Below are positions 27,464-36,731 of a DNA stretch of 64,000 bases, piece by piece (position 1 is the stretch's first letter; each line of letters begins with the position of its first letter). Location of the stretch: the NCBI GenBank assembly GCA_947478805.1, contig CANJXQ010000003.1, positions 6,994 to 70,993 on the forward strand, given 5' to 3'. Origin of the DNA: Betaproteobacteria bacterium (lineage in GTDB: Bacteria; Pseudomonadota; Gammaproteobacteria; Burkholderiales; SG8-39). The position numbers and the translations under genes were made by a program. The notes beneath the pieces were generated by a model. That model was given only the letters and a program-made list of their open reading frames with translations. It did not search any database and had not been told where the DNA came from.

Positions 27464-28246
27464 TCAGGTGATGGATCGTTTCGAAGTCATGCCGCCATCC
27501 ACGGTGACGATCACGCCACTCGTGTAATGCGACCTGTCGGATGCGAGATAGACGAATAGGTCTGCCACTTCGGGCACCGTCGCGGGACGGCCAAGTGGCA
27601 GCGTGGTCATGAGCTCACTGGTGCGCCCAGCATCGCCAAGCTCGCGCTCCGCACGGGTCTTGAGCACCTTCTCGATGCGAGCGGTGCTCACCAGTCCGGC
27701 GTTTACGCCTATAACCCGAATGCCGTGTTCGAGGCTGCGTCCGCCCAGCGCACGCGTGAACGCCATCAACGCCGCATTGCCCGTCGTGCCGCAGATGTAG
27801 TTGAAGTCGAAATTCTCGCCGCCGCTGCCGATGTTGTTCAGGATCACGCCGCCGCCACGCTCGCGCATTCGCGCGTACACCAGGCGCGTAAGGTTGACGT
27901 ACCCGAAGACCTTCAGCTCCCAGCCTGCCCTCCAGGCCACCTCATTCACGTCCCAGAGGTTGCCGCCGGGAATGCTGCCCGCGTTGTTCACAAGAACGTC
28001 CACGCCATCCACGAACTTGGCCACCGCATCGACAGCGCCGGGCGATGTCATGTCGATGGCGAGCGTCTTGACGTCGACCCTGTGCGCGTCCTTCATTTCG
28101 GCAGCGAGGGCGGCGAGTTTGTCGCCCGAGCGCGCCACCAGCCACAGCGGACAGCCTTCTTCCGCGAACGAACGAGCAAGGCCCTCGCCGATGCCCTGCG
28201 AAGCGCCCGTAATGGCGACTTTTCGGCCCTTCAGTTTCAGATCCAT
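27464..28246 (-). CDS. SDR-family oxidoreductase (non-canonical active site)
   Basis: TGASQGIG and NNAG present. The catalytic region reads YICGTTGNAAL without YxxxK. Confidence 0.9.
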   Translation of the reverse strand: MDLKLKGRKVAITGASQGIGEGLARSFAEEGCPLWLVARSGDKLAALAAEMKDAHRVDVKTLAIDMTSPGAVDAVAKFVDGVDVLVNNAGSIPGGNLWDVNEVAWRAGWELKVFGYVNLTRLVYARMRERGGGVILNNIGSGGENFDFNYICGTTGNAALMAFTRALGGRSLEHGIRVIGVNAGLVSTARIEKVLKTRAERELGDAGRTSELMTTLPLGRPATVPEVADLFVYLASDRSHYTSGVIVTVDGGMTSKRSIT

Positions 28247-28249
28247 GTC

Positions 28250-29605
28250 TCAAGTCCTTCCAGCCACGCAGGCATCGACGATCTCACGGGCGGAGTGCTT
28301 CTCCGCATTCAGCACAGTGTCCACGAAAACAGCGAACTGCTGTTCGCCAAGTGGCAGTTCGTCCGCGATGCGGCGCAGATTCGCGACCGTCTCGTCACGG
28401 TTCCAGTTGAATGGCTCGCCCACTGTCTTTTCCAGGTGGCGAAGCGTTGTGCCATCGGTTCGATCGACTTCCAGCACGAAGGAACGCGTGCCGAGCGACG
28501 GGTCCGCAATGACGCTGCTGCGGGCAATGATGCCTTCGAGTATCGGATCGCTGTAGCGCTTCAGGTCCGTGCCCTGCACGCCACGCTTTGACAGGGCGAC
28601 CGCCACGCAGAAGTGCGCGCTCATCAGCGTCGCACCGGTGTCGGAGAACGGCCCCTTGACGTCGGTCCCGGGAATGGCCGCCTCGATCGGATTGAGGTGA
28701 ATGCGCACCGCCGCGATCGATTCCGGCTTCAGATCATTCTGTATCGCAAGCTCGATGGCACGCGTCACGGGCGCCTGGAGGATCGCGCACACCGGGAAGG
28801 GCTTGTAGGTGACATCCATGATCCGCCAGGTGGTCCCCAGGTCCCAGGCGACCTTGTCACTGCCTTCAGAACTGCCGGTGAACGCCCGGTAGAACCCTGC
28901 GATGCCTTCGAAGGCATCAGGCGCTCCTGTCACCCCGGCGGCGGCAAGGCGTGCCGCGAGGATGCCATTGCGCGCGCCCATGCCCACGTGGAACTGCCAC
29001 TCCTGGCTGCTTGATACCCAGGACTGCGCGACGCCTGCGGACGCATTGGACGCGATGCCGATCGCGTTTACAGTGCGCTGCGCATCCAACTTCATCAGGC
29101 GCGCCACAGCCACCGTCGAGGCGAAAACGCCAAAGAGCCCAGTCGGCCGGAAGCCGCGTTGCGCGCTCGTCACGCCCCATCCCTGGCACAAGGCAGCAGC
29201 GGCCTCAACGCCTGCGACAAGCGCCGTGAGAACGTCGACGCCCTTCGCATTGGTGGATTCCGCAACTGCAAGCACCGCGGGCGTCATCACGGCACCGGCA
29301 TGCGTGAGGCCTGGAAAGTACACGTCGTCCTGTGCACGGGCGTGCATCAGTGCGCCGTTCACCAGCGCAGCGGTATCAGGCGTTGCCGCGGCGCCGTTCG
29401 CCAGCAGCCGCGCCGACGCTGTCGTGCCGCTCTCTTCCAGCGCGCGTGCATAGCGCAGCGGTGCCTCGCACAGCGGCGCACCCGCCAGCGCCACGCCCAG
29501 GTTGTGCAGCAGCGTGACTTTGGACTTCTCGCGTACCGCCGCGGGTAGCACGTCCCAGGTCAGCGCGGAAGCGAAATCCGCAATGCGTTGCGAGACGGTC
29601 GTCAT
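28250..29605 (-). CDS. MmgE/PrpD family protein
   Basis: AALVNGALMHARAQDD, THAG, FHVGMGARNG..AARLA, FEG..GF, YKPFPVC. Confidence 0.92.
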   Translation of the reverse strand: MTTVSQRIADFASALTWDVLPAAVREKSKVTLLHNLGVALAGAPLCEAPLRYARALEESGTTASARLLANGAAATPDTAALVNGALMHARAQDDVYFPGLTHAGAVMTPAVLAVAESTNAKGVDVLTALVAGVEAAAALCQGWGVTSAQRGFRPTGLFGVFASTVAVARLMKLDAQRTVNAIGIASNASAGVAQSWVSSSQEWQFHVGMGARNGILAARLAAAGVTGAPDAFEGIAGFYRAFTGSSEGSDKVAWDLGTTWRIMDVTYKPFPVCAILQAPVTRAIELAIQNDLKPESIAAVRIHLNPIEAAIPGTDVKGPFSDTGATLMSAHFCVAVALSKRGVQGTDLKRYSDPILEGIIARSSVIADPSLGTRSFVLEVDRTDGTTLRHLEKTVGEPFNWNRDETVANLRRIADELPLGEQQFAVFVDTVLNAEKHSAREIVDACVAGRT

Positions 29606-29607
29606 GC

Positions 29608-30816
29608 TCAGTTCGCGCTGCGAACCTTCAGCACAACGGCCTCGGACGGACGCCCCGCGCTCGCAGGCACGATGTCGGTGATGTTCAGGATCGGCTGTGC
29701 GAATTCCGAGCTCATCTCAACCTTACCAACGTACGTGGGCACGTCCGCCTGGTGGTCATACTTCTGGAAGCGGAAAGCGCCACGGGGCGACTTGAACTCG
29801 ATCGACTCGATTTGCTTCATTACCGCGTCCGACTGGATCGACTTCGCTGCGTTGGCGGCCTGCGCCCAAGTTGTCACACAGTCGTATGCCATGGCGGCCC
29901 AGTCCGACGGGTAGCCGCCGTTCTTTGCCTTGAACTGGTCGACAAACACGCGTCCCTCGGCGCTCTTCACGAACTGGCTTGCTGGTGCACGCTGCCAGCC
30001 GTCGGTGCCGACGGGCGCGTTGTCGCCCAGGGCCTTGAGGGTATTGAAGTCGTAGAGCGCAATGAAATGGTTGTTGATCTGCTTGAAGAAATCGACGGCC
30101 TTCGCCTGCTTGGAGAAGGTAAGAAGGTCCGAGCCGAAGAGGCTGCTGAAGACGTAGTCAGGCTTGGCGGCCAGCAACTTGTTGATTGACGCCGTGTAGT
30201 CGGTCGCGCCGAACTTCGGATACTCCTCGACAACGATTTCCACGCCTGGGTTGAGTTCCTTCAGACGGTCGCGGAAGCGGCTCACCCCAAGCCGGCCACC
30301 CGCGTAATCCGCGCTCACGATGGCGTAGCGCTTGTAGGGCAGCTTCGCGAACCGCGCCGCCATCGCATGGCCTTCCATCCACGAGTTGGGCGTGACTTGG
30401 AAGACGTAGGGATTGAAATCCTTCATCGTCATGTCGTCGGCCACGGATGTGCTGACGCAGGTCGGCGTCTTGTTCTTCGCTGTGACAGCCTTGTTCACGG
30501 CAATCGCGCTTGCGGAAGACATGGGACCAATCAGCAATGGCGCGTCGCTGCCGATAAGCGCGCCGGCCTGGCCCACGGCCCGCTGCGGATTGCTGCCGTT
30601 GTCCTGGTGTTCGAGGACCAGGGGACGACCTAATACGCCGCCGGTCCTATTGACCGTGTCGATGGCGAAATTGACGCCGGCGAGCGCGTCCTTTCCGACA
30701 TCGGCGGCCGGCCCGCTCAGGTCGAAGGTGCCGACGATCTTGATGGGGTTACCGCCCTGCGCCTGGGCGAAGAAGCCACTACCTGCCAGCGCCAGCGCGA
30801 CAAAAATTCGGTTCAT
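29608..30816 (-). CDS. Liv-type ABC substrate-binding protein, paralog B
   Basis: Close paralog of 26223..27452. Start MNRIF (30816) follows AAGGAG. Confidence 0.92.
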   Translation of the reverse strand: MNRIFVALALAGSGFFAQAQGGNPIKIVGTFDLSGPAADVGKDALAGVNFAIDTVNRTGGVLGRPLVLEHQDNGSNPQRAVGQAGALIGSDAPLLIGPMSSASAIAVNKAVTAKNKTPTCVSTSVADDMTMKDFNPYVFQVTPNSWMEGHAMAARFAKLPYKRYAIVSADYAGGRLGVSRFRDRLKELNPGVEIVVEEYPKFGATDYTASINKLLAAKPDYVFSSLFGSDLLTFSKQAKAVDFFKQINNHFIALYDFNTLKALGDNAPVGTDGWQRAPASQFVKSAEGRVFVDQFKAKNGGYPSDWAAMAYDCVTTWAQAANAAKSIQSDAVMKQIESIEFKSPRGAFRFQKYDHQADVPTYVGKVEMSSEFAQPILNITDIVPASAGRPSEAVVLKVRSAN

Positions 30817-30829
30817 ATTTTCAGTCTCC

Positions 30830-31591
30830 TTAGTTGATGGACATGCCGCCATCGATGGCGATCACCTGTCCCGTTATCGTGCGCGAATCGTCACACGCAA
30901 GATAGAGCGCAGTGCGCGCCACATCGATCGGCTCGACGAGTCCGAGCATCTGGCGCTCGGCAGTCTTACGGATCACGTCAGGTTGGCTTTGCATGAGACC
31001 ACGCACGCGTTCCGTGACGGTCACCGCAGGCGCGACCGCATTCACGCGGATCTTGTGTTCAGCGAACTCGACCGCCATCGAGCGCGTGATTGCTGCAACA
31101 GCGCCCTTGGCCGGCGTGTAGGCGTCCTTGTTCCGCGTGCCGACGAGCGCGAACACCGAAGAGCTGTTGACGACGGTTCCGCCGCCAGTCTTGATCATTT
31201 CGGCGATGCCATACTTGCAGGTAATCCACGTGCCGAACAGGTCGACCTTGATCGCGCGCCAGAACTCGTCGGTCGGGCAGGTGGTGACCGGGCCGTCCAC
31301 GCTGGTGGATCCTCCGGCGTTGTTGTATAGGACGTCGATGCGGCCAGCGACCTGCACCGCTTTGGCGACGGCGCTCTTCACGCTTTCCTCGCTTGTCACG
31401 TCGGTCTGGATGAAATGCGCCTTGCCGCCGGCAGCGCGAATCGCCTTCTCCGTATCCCGGCCATTGGCCTCATTGAACTCCGCAATCACGACCGTTGCGC
31501 CCTCGCTTGCGAAGAGCTCGGCAGCTGCCCGACCGATGCCGGCCCCCGCGCCGGTGATGAATGCAACCTTGTCCGTGAGTTTCGCCATCAT
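30830..31591 (-). CDS. Classical SDR dehydrogenase
   Basis: TGAGAGIG, YNNAG, AYTPAKG (YxxxK); overlaps the BVMO stop. Confidence 0.93.
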   Translation of the reverse strand: MMAKLTDKVAFITGAGAGIGRAAAELFASEGATVVIAEFNEANGRDTEKAIRAAGGKAHFIQTDVTSEESVKSAVAKAVQVAGRIDVLYNNAGGSTSVDGPVTTCPTDEFWRAIKVDLFGTWITCKYGIAEMIKTGGGTVVNSSSVFALVGTRNKDAYTPAKGAVAAITRSMAVEFAEHKIRVNAVAPAVTVTERVRGLMQSQPDVIRKTAERQMLGLVEPIDVARTALYLACDDSRTITGQVIAIDGGMSIN

Positions 31592-33225
31592 GTCGCTCCC
31601 GCTGTTTTGGCCTGCTTCGTTTTCGACAACGTGAAGCCTTCATAGCCCGCCGCCGCCACTTCATCGCACTTCTTCCTGTAGTTGCCGTGCCCGCCGAGGT
31701 AAGGCAGAAACACCTTAGGCTTGCCCGGCACGTTCGCCCCCAGATACCAGGAGTCCGCCTTCAGGTAGAGCGTGCGCTTTACGATGTCCTGCACGCCCTG
31801 CATCCACTTGTCTTCCTGGTCGCTGCTCGTGTCTATTCGCGTCCAACCGTTCTTGCGCATGTCTTCCATGCAGCGCGTGATCCAGTCGATGTGCTGCTCG
31901 ATGCTCATCGACATGTTGGCAAGCGGCCCCGGACTGCCCGGGCCCGTGACCGTGAAAAGGTTGGGGAAGCTCGCCACCATCAGGCCCAGGTAGGTCCTGG
32001 CGCCGTCGGCCCACTTGTCTGTGAGCCTAGCGCCGCCGACACCGCGCACGTCGATGCGCGTGAGCGCTCCCGACAGTGCGTCGTAGCCTGTCGCATAAAT
32101 GAGCATATCGAGCTCGATCAGGCCTTCCGCGGTGACGATCCCTTCCGGCACCACGCGCTCGATCGGCGCCGTCTTCAGGTCCACCAGCGTCACATCGTCG
32201 CGGTTGTAAACGCTGTAGTACGTGTCGCCCAGGCAGGGCCGCTTGGTGCCGAAAGGAAAGCCGGTGGGCAGCAGCTTCTGCGCCACGTGCGGCTTGTGCA
32301 CGATCTTACGGATCTTGCCGCGAATGAATTCCGCCACAGTGGCATTCGCATCGTCATTGGAGAGAATGTCCGCGTAGCACTGGCGAAAGCCGAGCAACTG
32401 GCTGTTGGTCCAGGCGTTCTCGTACTTCATCTGCATCTCTTCCGGCGTCGCGTCGAGAGCCGACTCGCTCGGCATGGCCGCGGCGATGCCGAAACGCGTG
32501 ATCTTGCTGATCTCGCGCCGCTCTGCATAGGTTGCGCGGACGCGTTCACGCATCGCAGGCGTGAGCGCATGGTTCTTGGCGGGCACCACGAACACAGCGG
32601 TGCGCTGGAACACCGTCAGGTGCTTGCACTTTCCTGCCAACGCCTGGATGGTCTGCACGCCCGAGGAGCCAGTGCCGATCACCCCGATGCGCTTGCCCTC
32701 GAACTTCACGTCATGCTTCGGCCAACGGCCGGTGTGATAAGCCTCGCCCTTGAATGTCTCGATGCCGGCAATCTCTGGTGGCTTGGGCACGGACAGTACT
32801 CCGCTCGCTGGCACGAAGAAGCGCGCCGCCACGGTCTTGCCGTCGGAGGTGCGGATGCGCCACATATCCGCGTTCTCGTCGAACTCAGCAGAATCGACGC
32901 GGGTGTTGAACCGGATATGTTCGCGCAGCTTGAAGCGGTCGGCTACATGCTCCAGGTAGTGCATCAACTCCCGCGCGGTCGGATAGCGCTCGGTCCAGTC
33001 CCACTCGTCTTGCAGTTCGCGCGAGAACGAATACGAATAGTCCCAGCATTCCAGGTCCACGCGTGCGCCGGGATACTGGTTCCAGTACCAGGTGCCGCCG
33101 ATGCCGTCACCGGCTTCGAAAGCCTGGATCTTGAAACCCGCGTCGCGCAGGCGCTTGATCGCGTACAGCCCGGCGAAACCGGCGCCGACGATCACTGCAT
33201 CACAGGTTTCTGTCGTTGTCCCCAT
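31588..33225 (-). CDS. Type I Baeyer-Villiger monooxygenase (cyclohexanone monooxygenase family)
   Basis: GAGFAG, GGTWYWNQYPGARVD, the FKGEAYHTGRWP fingerprint (FxGxxxHxxxWP), GTGSSG, GTKRP, ATGYD and SWYLGANVPGK. Start MGTTT at 33225. Confidence 0.95.
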   Translation of the reverse strand: MGTTTETCDAVIVGAGFAGLYAIKRLRDAGFKIQAFEAGDGIGGTWYWNQYPGARVDLECWDYSYSFSRELQDEWDWTERYPTARELMHYLEHVADRFKLREHIRFNTRVDSAEFDENADMWRIRTSDGKTVAARFFVPASGVLSVPKPPEIAGIETFKGEAYHTGRWPKHDVKFEGKRIGVIGTGSSGVQTIQALAGKCKHLTVFQRTAVFVVPAKNHALTPAMRERVRATYAERREISKITRFGIAAAMPSESALDATPEEMQMKYENAWTNSQLLGFRQCYADILSNDDANATVAEFIRGKIRKIVHKPHVAQKLLPTGFPFGTKRPCLGDTYYSVYNRDDVTLVDLKTAPIERVVPEGIVTAEGLIELDMLIYATGYDALSGALTRIDVRGVGGARLTDKWADGARTYLGLMVASFPNLFTVTGPGSPGPLANMSMSIEQHIDWITRCMEDMRKNGWTRIDTSSDQEDKWMQGVQDIVKRTLYLKADSWYLGANVPGKPKVFLPYLGGHGNYRKKCDEVAAAGYEGFTLSKTKQAKTAGAT

Positions 33226-33297
33226 AGCGTGTCCTTGGTCTCTATAACGCGAATTGGACTGCATGCAGGCGCAAAGGGCCAACGCTCTTCGCTGTGT

Positions 33298-33314
33298 GTT
33301 CCGTACATCGGGAT
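33298..33314. promoter_or_regulatory. IclR-type operator upstream of the BVMO gene
   Basis: GTTCCG-TACAT-CGGGAT; the 19 bp at 33296-33314 are identical to 56930-56948. Confidence 0.72.
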
Positions 33315-33319
33315 ATCAC

Positions 33320-34366
33320 TCAGACGGTCGCCACCGGTGACGACGGCGAACCCACGGCTCCCGGCAGGCGCAAGGGCGGCGCAGTGAGCAGGAAGGCGCT
33401 GCGGCGCTTCTCGCGCAGGTAGCGTGCGAGGTCACCCAGGTTCCACATTTCCCCGAGCGGAATGCCGAGCTTGAACAGGCAGTGTTCATGCAACGGCAGG
33501 TATGATCCCGGCTGATGAAGCGGCGGCGCCGGCGACGGTCGATACTCAACCGCATAGCAGTCGGAGATCAGTGCGCAAATGCCTGTGTCGGTGATCCAGC
33601 GTAGCACCTCGGGGTCGCGTCCGTCGATGGCCGGAGTCTGTTCGAGCAGTTGCGCATCCGGGCGCGGATGCGTCTCCAGAAGCACGTCGCCGAAGCCTGT
33701 GTACAGCAAGACCATATCGCCCCGCCCAATCTTCACGCCGTCCTTGGCGATGATGTCCATCAGTTCCCTGTAGCTCACTGCATGGTTGGTTCGGCCGCAG
33801 TGCTTTTCGAGGTCGATCATCACGGCACGGCCTTGCATGCAGGCCACGGCCATGTTTTCCACGCCGAGATGGCGGGCGCCGATGTGCGGCGGCTCTTTAC
33901 CCGAGGCCGCGCCCCAGCCCGGAGAACAGCACACGTCGATCTGCGCACGAAAACCGTTGTAGTACACAGGACGCGGCAAGCCGTCGCCCTGCGTGTCGAA
34001 GAGCTGGCCCACATGCGCAAGCGAGTCCCACTGCGTCGAGTACTGCAGTGTGAGTACCACTTCGTCATCCGACACCACGTCCGTGGCGCCGGGCTTCTCG
34101 GTGCCCATCTCGAAGTTGAACAAGGGCGCGCCGTTGCGCATCGCCGGTCGCAGGCGTGGCGGCAGGCGGTGGGAACCCCAACCTCCGGTGCCGGGAACAT
34201 CGAGCGGCAGGCTCAGGCAGAAGGTCCTGCCTTCCGTGACCTCGCGCAGACCTTCCAGTACTTTCGCGGGAGTCAACCAGTTGAGCCGCCCGAGTTCGTC
34301 ATCAGGTCCGAAGTCGCCCCAGTTGGAACCTGGGGGACGCATTTTCCAGCGTGGGTTGTCCAGCAT
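33320..34366 (-). CDS. Cyclase / kynurenine-formamidase-like family protein
   Basis: WGDFGPDDELGRLN, QYSTQWDSLAH, GRAVMID, GIPLGEMWNL, GAVGSPSSPVA. Confidence 0.9.
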   Translation of the reverse strand: MLDNPRWKMRPPGSNWGDFGPDDELGRLNWLTPAKVLEGLREVTEGRTFCLSLPLDVPGTGGWGSHRLPPRLRPAMRNGAPLFNFEMGTEKPGATDVVSDDEVVLTLQYSTQWDSLAHVGQLFDTQGDGLPRPVYYNGFRAQIDVCCSPGWGAASGKEPPHIGARHLGVENMAVACMQGRAVMIDLEKHCGRTNHAVSYRELMDIIAKDGVKIGRGDMVLLYTGFGDVLLETHPRPDAQLLEQTPAIDGRDPEVLRWITDTGICALISDCYAVEYRPSPAPPLHQPGSYLPLHEHCLFKLGIPLGEMWNLGDLARYLREKRRSAFLLTAPPLRLPGAVGSPSSPVATV

Positions 34367-34441
34367 GTTCGCTCCTTTTTTCCTGAGGGTGGCGGGAGTA
34401 TGGACGCGGCAGGGCGGCAGTCAACACAATCGGCCGCCATT

Positions 34442-34481
34442 GTTCCGCAATGTGAACTACACCCGTTCCAATTTGCGGAAC
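34442..34481. promoter_or_regulatory. Pair of IclR-type operators in the cyclase/ferredoxin divergent region
   Basis: GTTCCG-CAATG-TGAACT (34442-34458) and GTTCCA-ATTTG-CGGAAC (34465-34481). Confidence 0.68.
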
Positions 34482-34563
34482 GCAGCCGGCAACCCTTACA
34501 CCGGCAGATGTCCGCTGCACTACAACCAGTCGCATGGATGAACGCCACGAAAGGAAGGCAAGG

Positions 34564-34770
34564 ATGAAGATCACCATCGACAGAACGCGGTGCATGGCAT
34601 CTGGCAATTGCGTGCTCGCACTACCGGCGCTGTTCGAGCAGGACGAGGAAGGATTCGTCCGACTGCGCGACGTCGATCCCGCGAGCTTTTCGCAAGAGGC
34701 ACTTGAGGAGGCTGTGAAGTCGTGCCCCACCGCGGCCATTTCTTTCACGCCCGAGAGCGGTCCGGCCTGA
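34564..34770 (+). CDS. [3Fe-4S]-type ferredoxin (P450-associated class)
   Basis: 68 aa: MKITIDRTRCMASGNC...CPTAAI (CxxSxxC...CP). Confidence 0.88.
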   Translation: MKITIDRTRCMASGNCVLALPALFEQDEEGFVRLRDVDPASFSQEALEEAVKSCPTAAISFTPESGPA

Positions 34771-34771
34771 C

Positions 34772-35971
34772 ATGCCCGATTTCGCACGCTTCACGCTCGG
34801 CTCGCGCGTCGCCCCAATCAGCGTCGAAGGCTACCGGCGCCAGGCGCGAAAGCGCCTGCCCGACATGGTGTGGAGCTATGTGGACGGGGCGGCGGACGGC
34901 CAGGTGACGCTCAATGACAACCGCACGGGCTTTCTGAAGTGGCGCCTGCGCCAGCGGTCGCTGACCGGCATTTCAAAGCCCGTCCTGGCGACACGCATCG
35001 CCGGCCAGGACGTTTCGCTGCCGATCGCATTCGCGCCGACGGGCCTGTCCGGCCTCACGCGCTGGAATGGCGATGTGGCGGCAGCACGCGCTGCTGAGTC
35101 TGCCGGCACGCGCCTGTGCCTGAGCACCGGCTCGTCATGGACGCTGGAAGAAGTGGCTGGCGCCACGCAGCAGGACCACTGGTTCCAGCTCTACCCGTTC
35201 GGAAACCGCAAGAAGGTAGGTGAACTCATCACGCGTGCCGAGGACGCCGGGTACAAGGCGCTCTTCGTGACCGTGGACGTTCCGGTACGCGGCAACCGAG
35301 AGGGCGAGCGCGAGACGGGCATGGGCCTGCCGCTGACCTTCACGCCTTCCAACATCTTCGACGCGGCACGCCGCCCACGCTGGGTGTGGGAGTTGCTGCG
35401 CCACCAGCGCGCCGTCGCGATTCAATATGCACAGGCAGGCGCGGCCGGCGTGCGCGCCGCCGTGATCGCCGCCAATGAGCAGGATCGCTACATGCAGGGC
35501 GACCTGCACTGGGACGATCTTGCATGGATGCGCCAGCGCTGGAAGGGACCGCTCTACGTGAAGGGTGTCCTGGACGCCGACGACGCAGCACGCTGCATCG
35601 ATGAGATCGGCGCTGAAGGCGTTGTGGTGTCCAACCACGGCGCGCGCCAGCTCGACCACGCGCTGGGCACCATCGATGCGCTGCCCGCCATCGTGGACCG
35701 CATCGCGGGCCGTGGCGAGGTCTACCTCGACGGCGGCATCCGCCGCGGCACCGACGTGATCATCGCACTGGCGCTCGGCGCCAAGGGCGTCTTCGTCGGC
35801 CGGCCCTACCTTTACGGCCTGGCCGTCGACGGCGAGCAAGGCGCGCGCAATATCCTGAACATCCTGCGCGAGGACATGGTCCGCGCGCTTATCCTGATGG
35901 GATGCCCGGATGTGATGGCCCTGGACAGAAGCTGGCTGATCCCCGCCGGCACGCCCGCAGCAGCCCGATAG
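34772..35971 (+). CDS. FMN-dependent alpha-hydroxy acid dehydrogenase/oxidase
   Basis: YVDGAADG, APTG, WFQLY, TVDVP..GNRE, VKG, SNHGARQLD, DGGIRRGTD. Confidence 0.94.
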   Translation: MPDFARFTLGSRVAPISVEGYRRQARKRLPDMVWSYVDGAADGQVTLNDNRTGFLKWRLRQRSLTGISKPVLATRIAGQDVSLPIAFAPTGLSGLTRWNGDVAAARAAESAGTRLCLSTGSSWTLEEVAGATQQDHWFQLYPFGNRKKVGELITRAEDAGYKALFVTVDVPVRGNREGERETGMGLPLTFTPSNIFDAARRPRWVWELLRHQRAVAIQYAQAGAAGVRAAVIAANEQDRYMQGDLHWDDLAWMRQRWKGPLYVKGVLDADDAARCIDEIGAEGVVVSNHGARQLDHALGTIDALPAIVDRIAGRGEVYLDGGIRRGTDVIIALALGAKGVFVGRPYLYGLAVDGEQGARNILNILREDMVRALILMGCPDVMALDRSWLIPAGTPAAAR

Positions 35972-35981
35972 AGGAGAGCCC

Positions 35982-36731
35982 ATGCCAAGAGACGTTTTCA
36001 GATTCAAGGGTGGTCAGGGCGCGCCCGTGCTCGGCGCGTTCGTCACCTTCGACTCGATGCCGATGGTCGAGATCCTCGCGGGCATCGGCTTCGACTACCT
36101 GGCTATCGACACCCAGCATGCGCTGATGGATGCGGTGACCGTGGGCAAGCTCATGTACGCGATCCCGCCGGAAGTGCCGGTGCTGGTGCGCGTGCAGAGC
36201 GCCCAGGACCCCTCAATCGGCAAGGTGATGGACGCCGGCGCGGACGGTGTGATCGTGCCGATGGTCGAGACGGCCGAACAGGCGGCCACGGCTGTCGCGG
36301 CCTGCCGTTATAACCCCGCGGGCAACCGCAGCTTCGGCCCGATCCGTAAACACCTCGGGTTCGACGCGAAGGAAATCGAGGGAAGGGCAGCCTGCTTCGT
36401 GATGATCGAGACGGCCAAAGCGGTCGAGAACATCGATGCGATCGTTGCGACCGCGGGCTTGACCGGTGTGTACCTGGGCTCCGGTGACCTGGCTGTGAAT
36501 CTTGGCCTGAAGCCGCTCGAACCGGCGCATCCGCAGATTCGCGCCGCGGCCCAGCGCGTGGCCAAGGAGTGCCACAAGGCAGGCGTCGTCGCAGGGGTAC
36601 ACGGCCAGTCGATCGTCCATCTGCGCGATCTCGTGTCGCTTGGCTACACGATGATCACGCTCTCGGGCGACCGCACATATATCGCAAGCGGCGCCGGCGA
36701 CATGCTCAAGGCGGGGCGGGAGGTCAAGTGA
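35982..36731 (+). CDS. HpcH/HpaI aldolase family protein
   Basis: GFDYLAIDTQH, LVRV, DAGADGVIVPMV, G.RSFG, MIET, GSGDL. Confidence 0.92.
   Translation: MPRDVFRFKGGQGAPVLGAFVTFDSMPMVEILAGIGFDYLAIDTQHALMDAVTVGKLMYAIPPEVPVLVRVQSAQDPSIGKVMDAGADGVIVPMVETAEQAATAVAACRYNPAGNRSFGPIRKHLGFDAKEIEGRAACFVMIETAKAVENIDAIVATAGLTGVYLGSGDLAVNLGLKPLEPAHPQIRAAAQRVAKECHKAGVVAGVHGQSIVHLRDLVSLGYTMITLSGDRTYIASGAGDMLKAGREVK

Noticed and set aside
21218-34505. Shared 11-mer CTTACACCGGC near IclR boxes (21218-21228 and 34495-34505)
   Set aside because: Only two copies, on different sides of their boxes and at different spacing; could be chance.
34772-35971. Possible mycofactocin MftD
   Set aside because: The family resemblance is real, but there is no mftA precursor, mftB or radical SAM mftC in the window.
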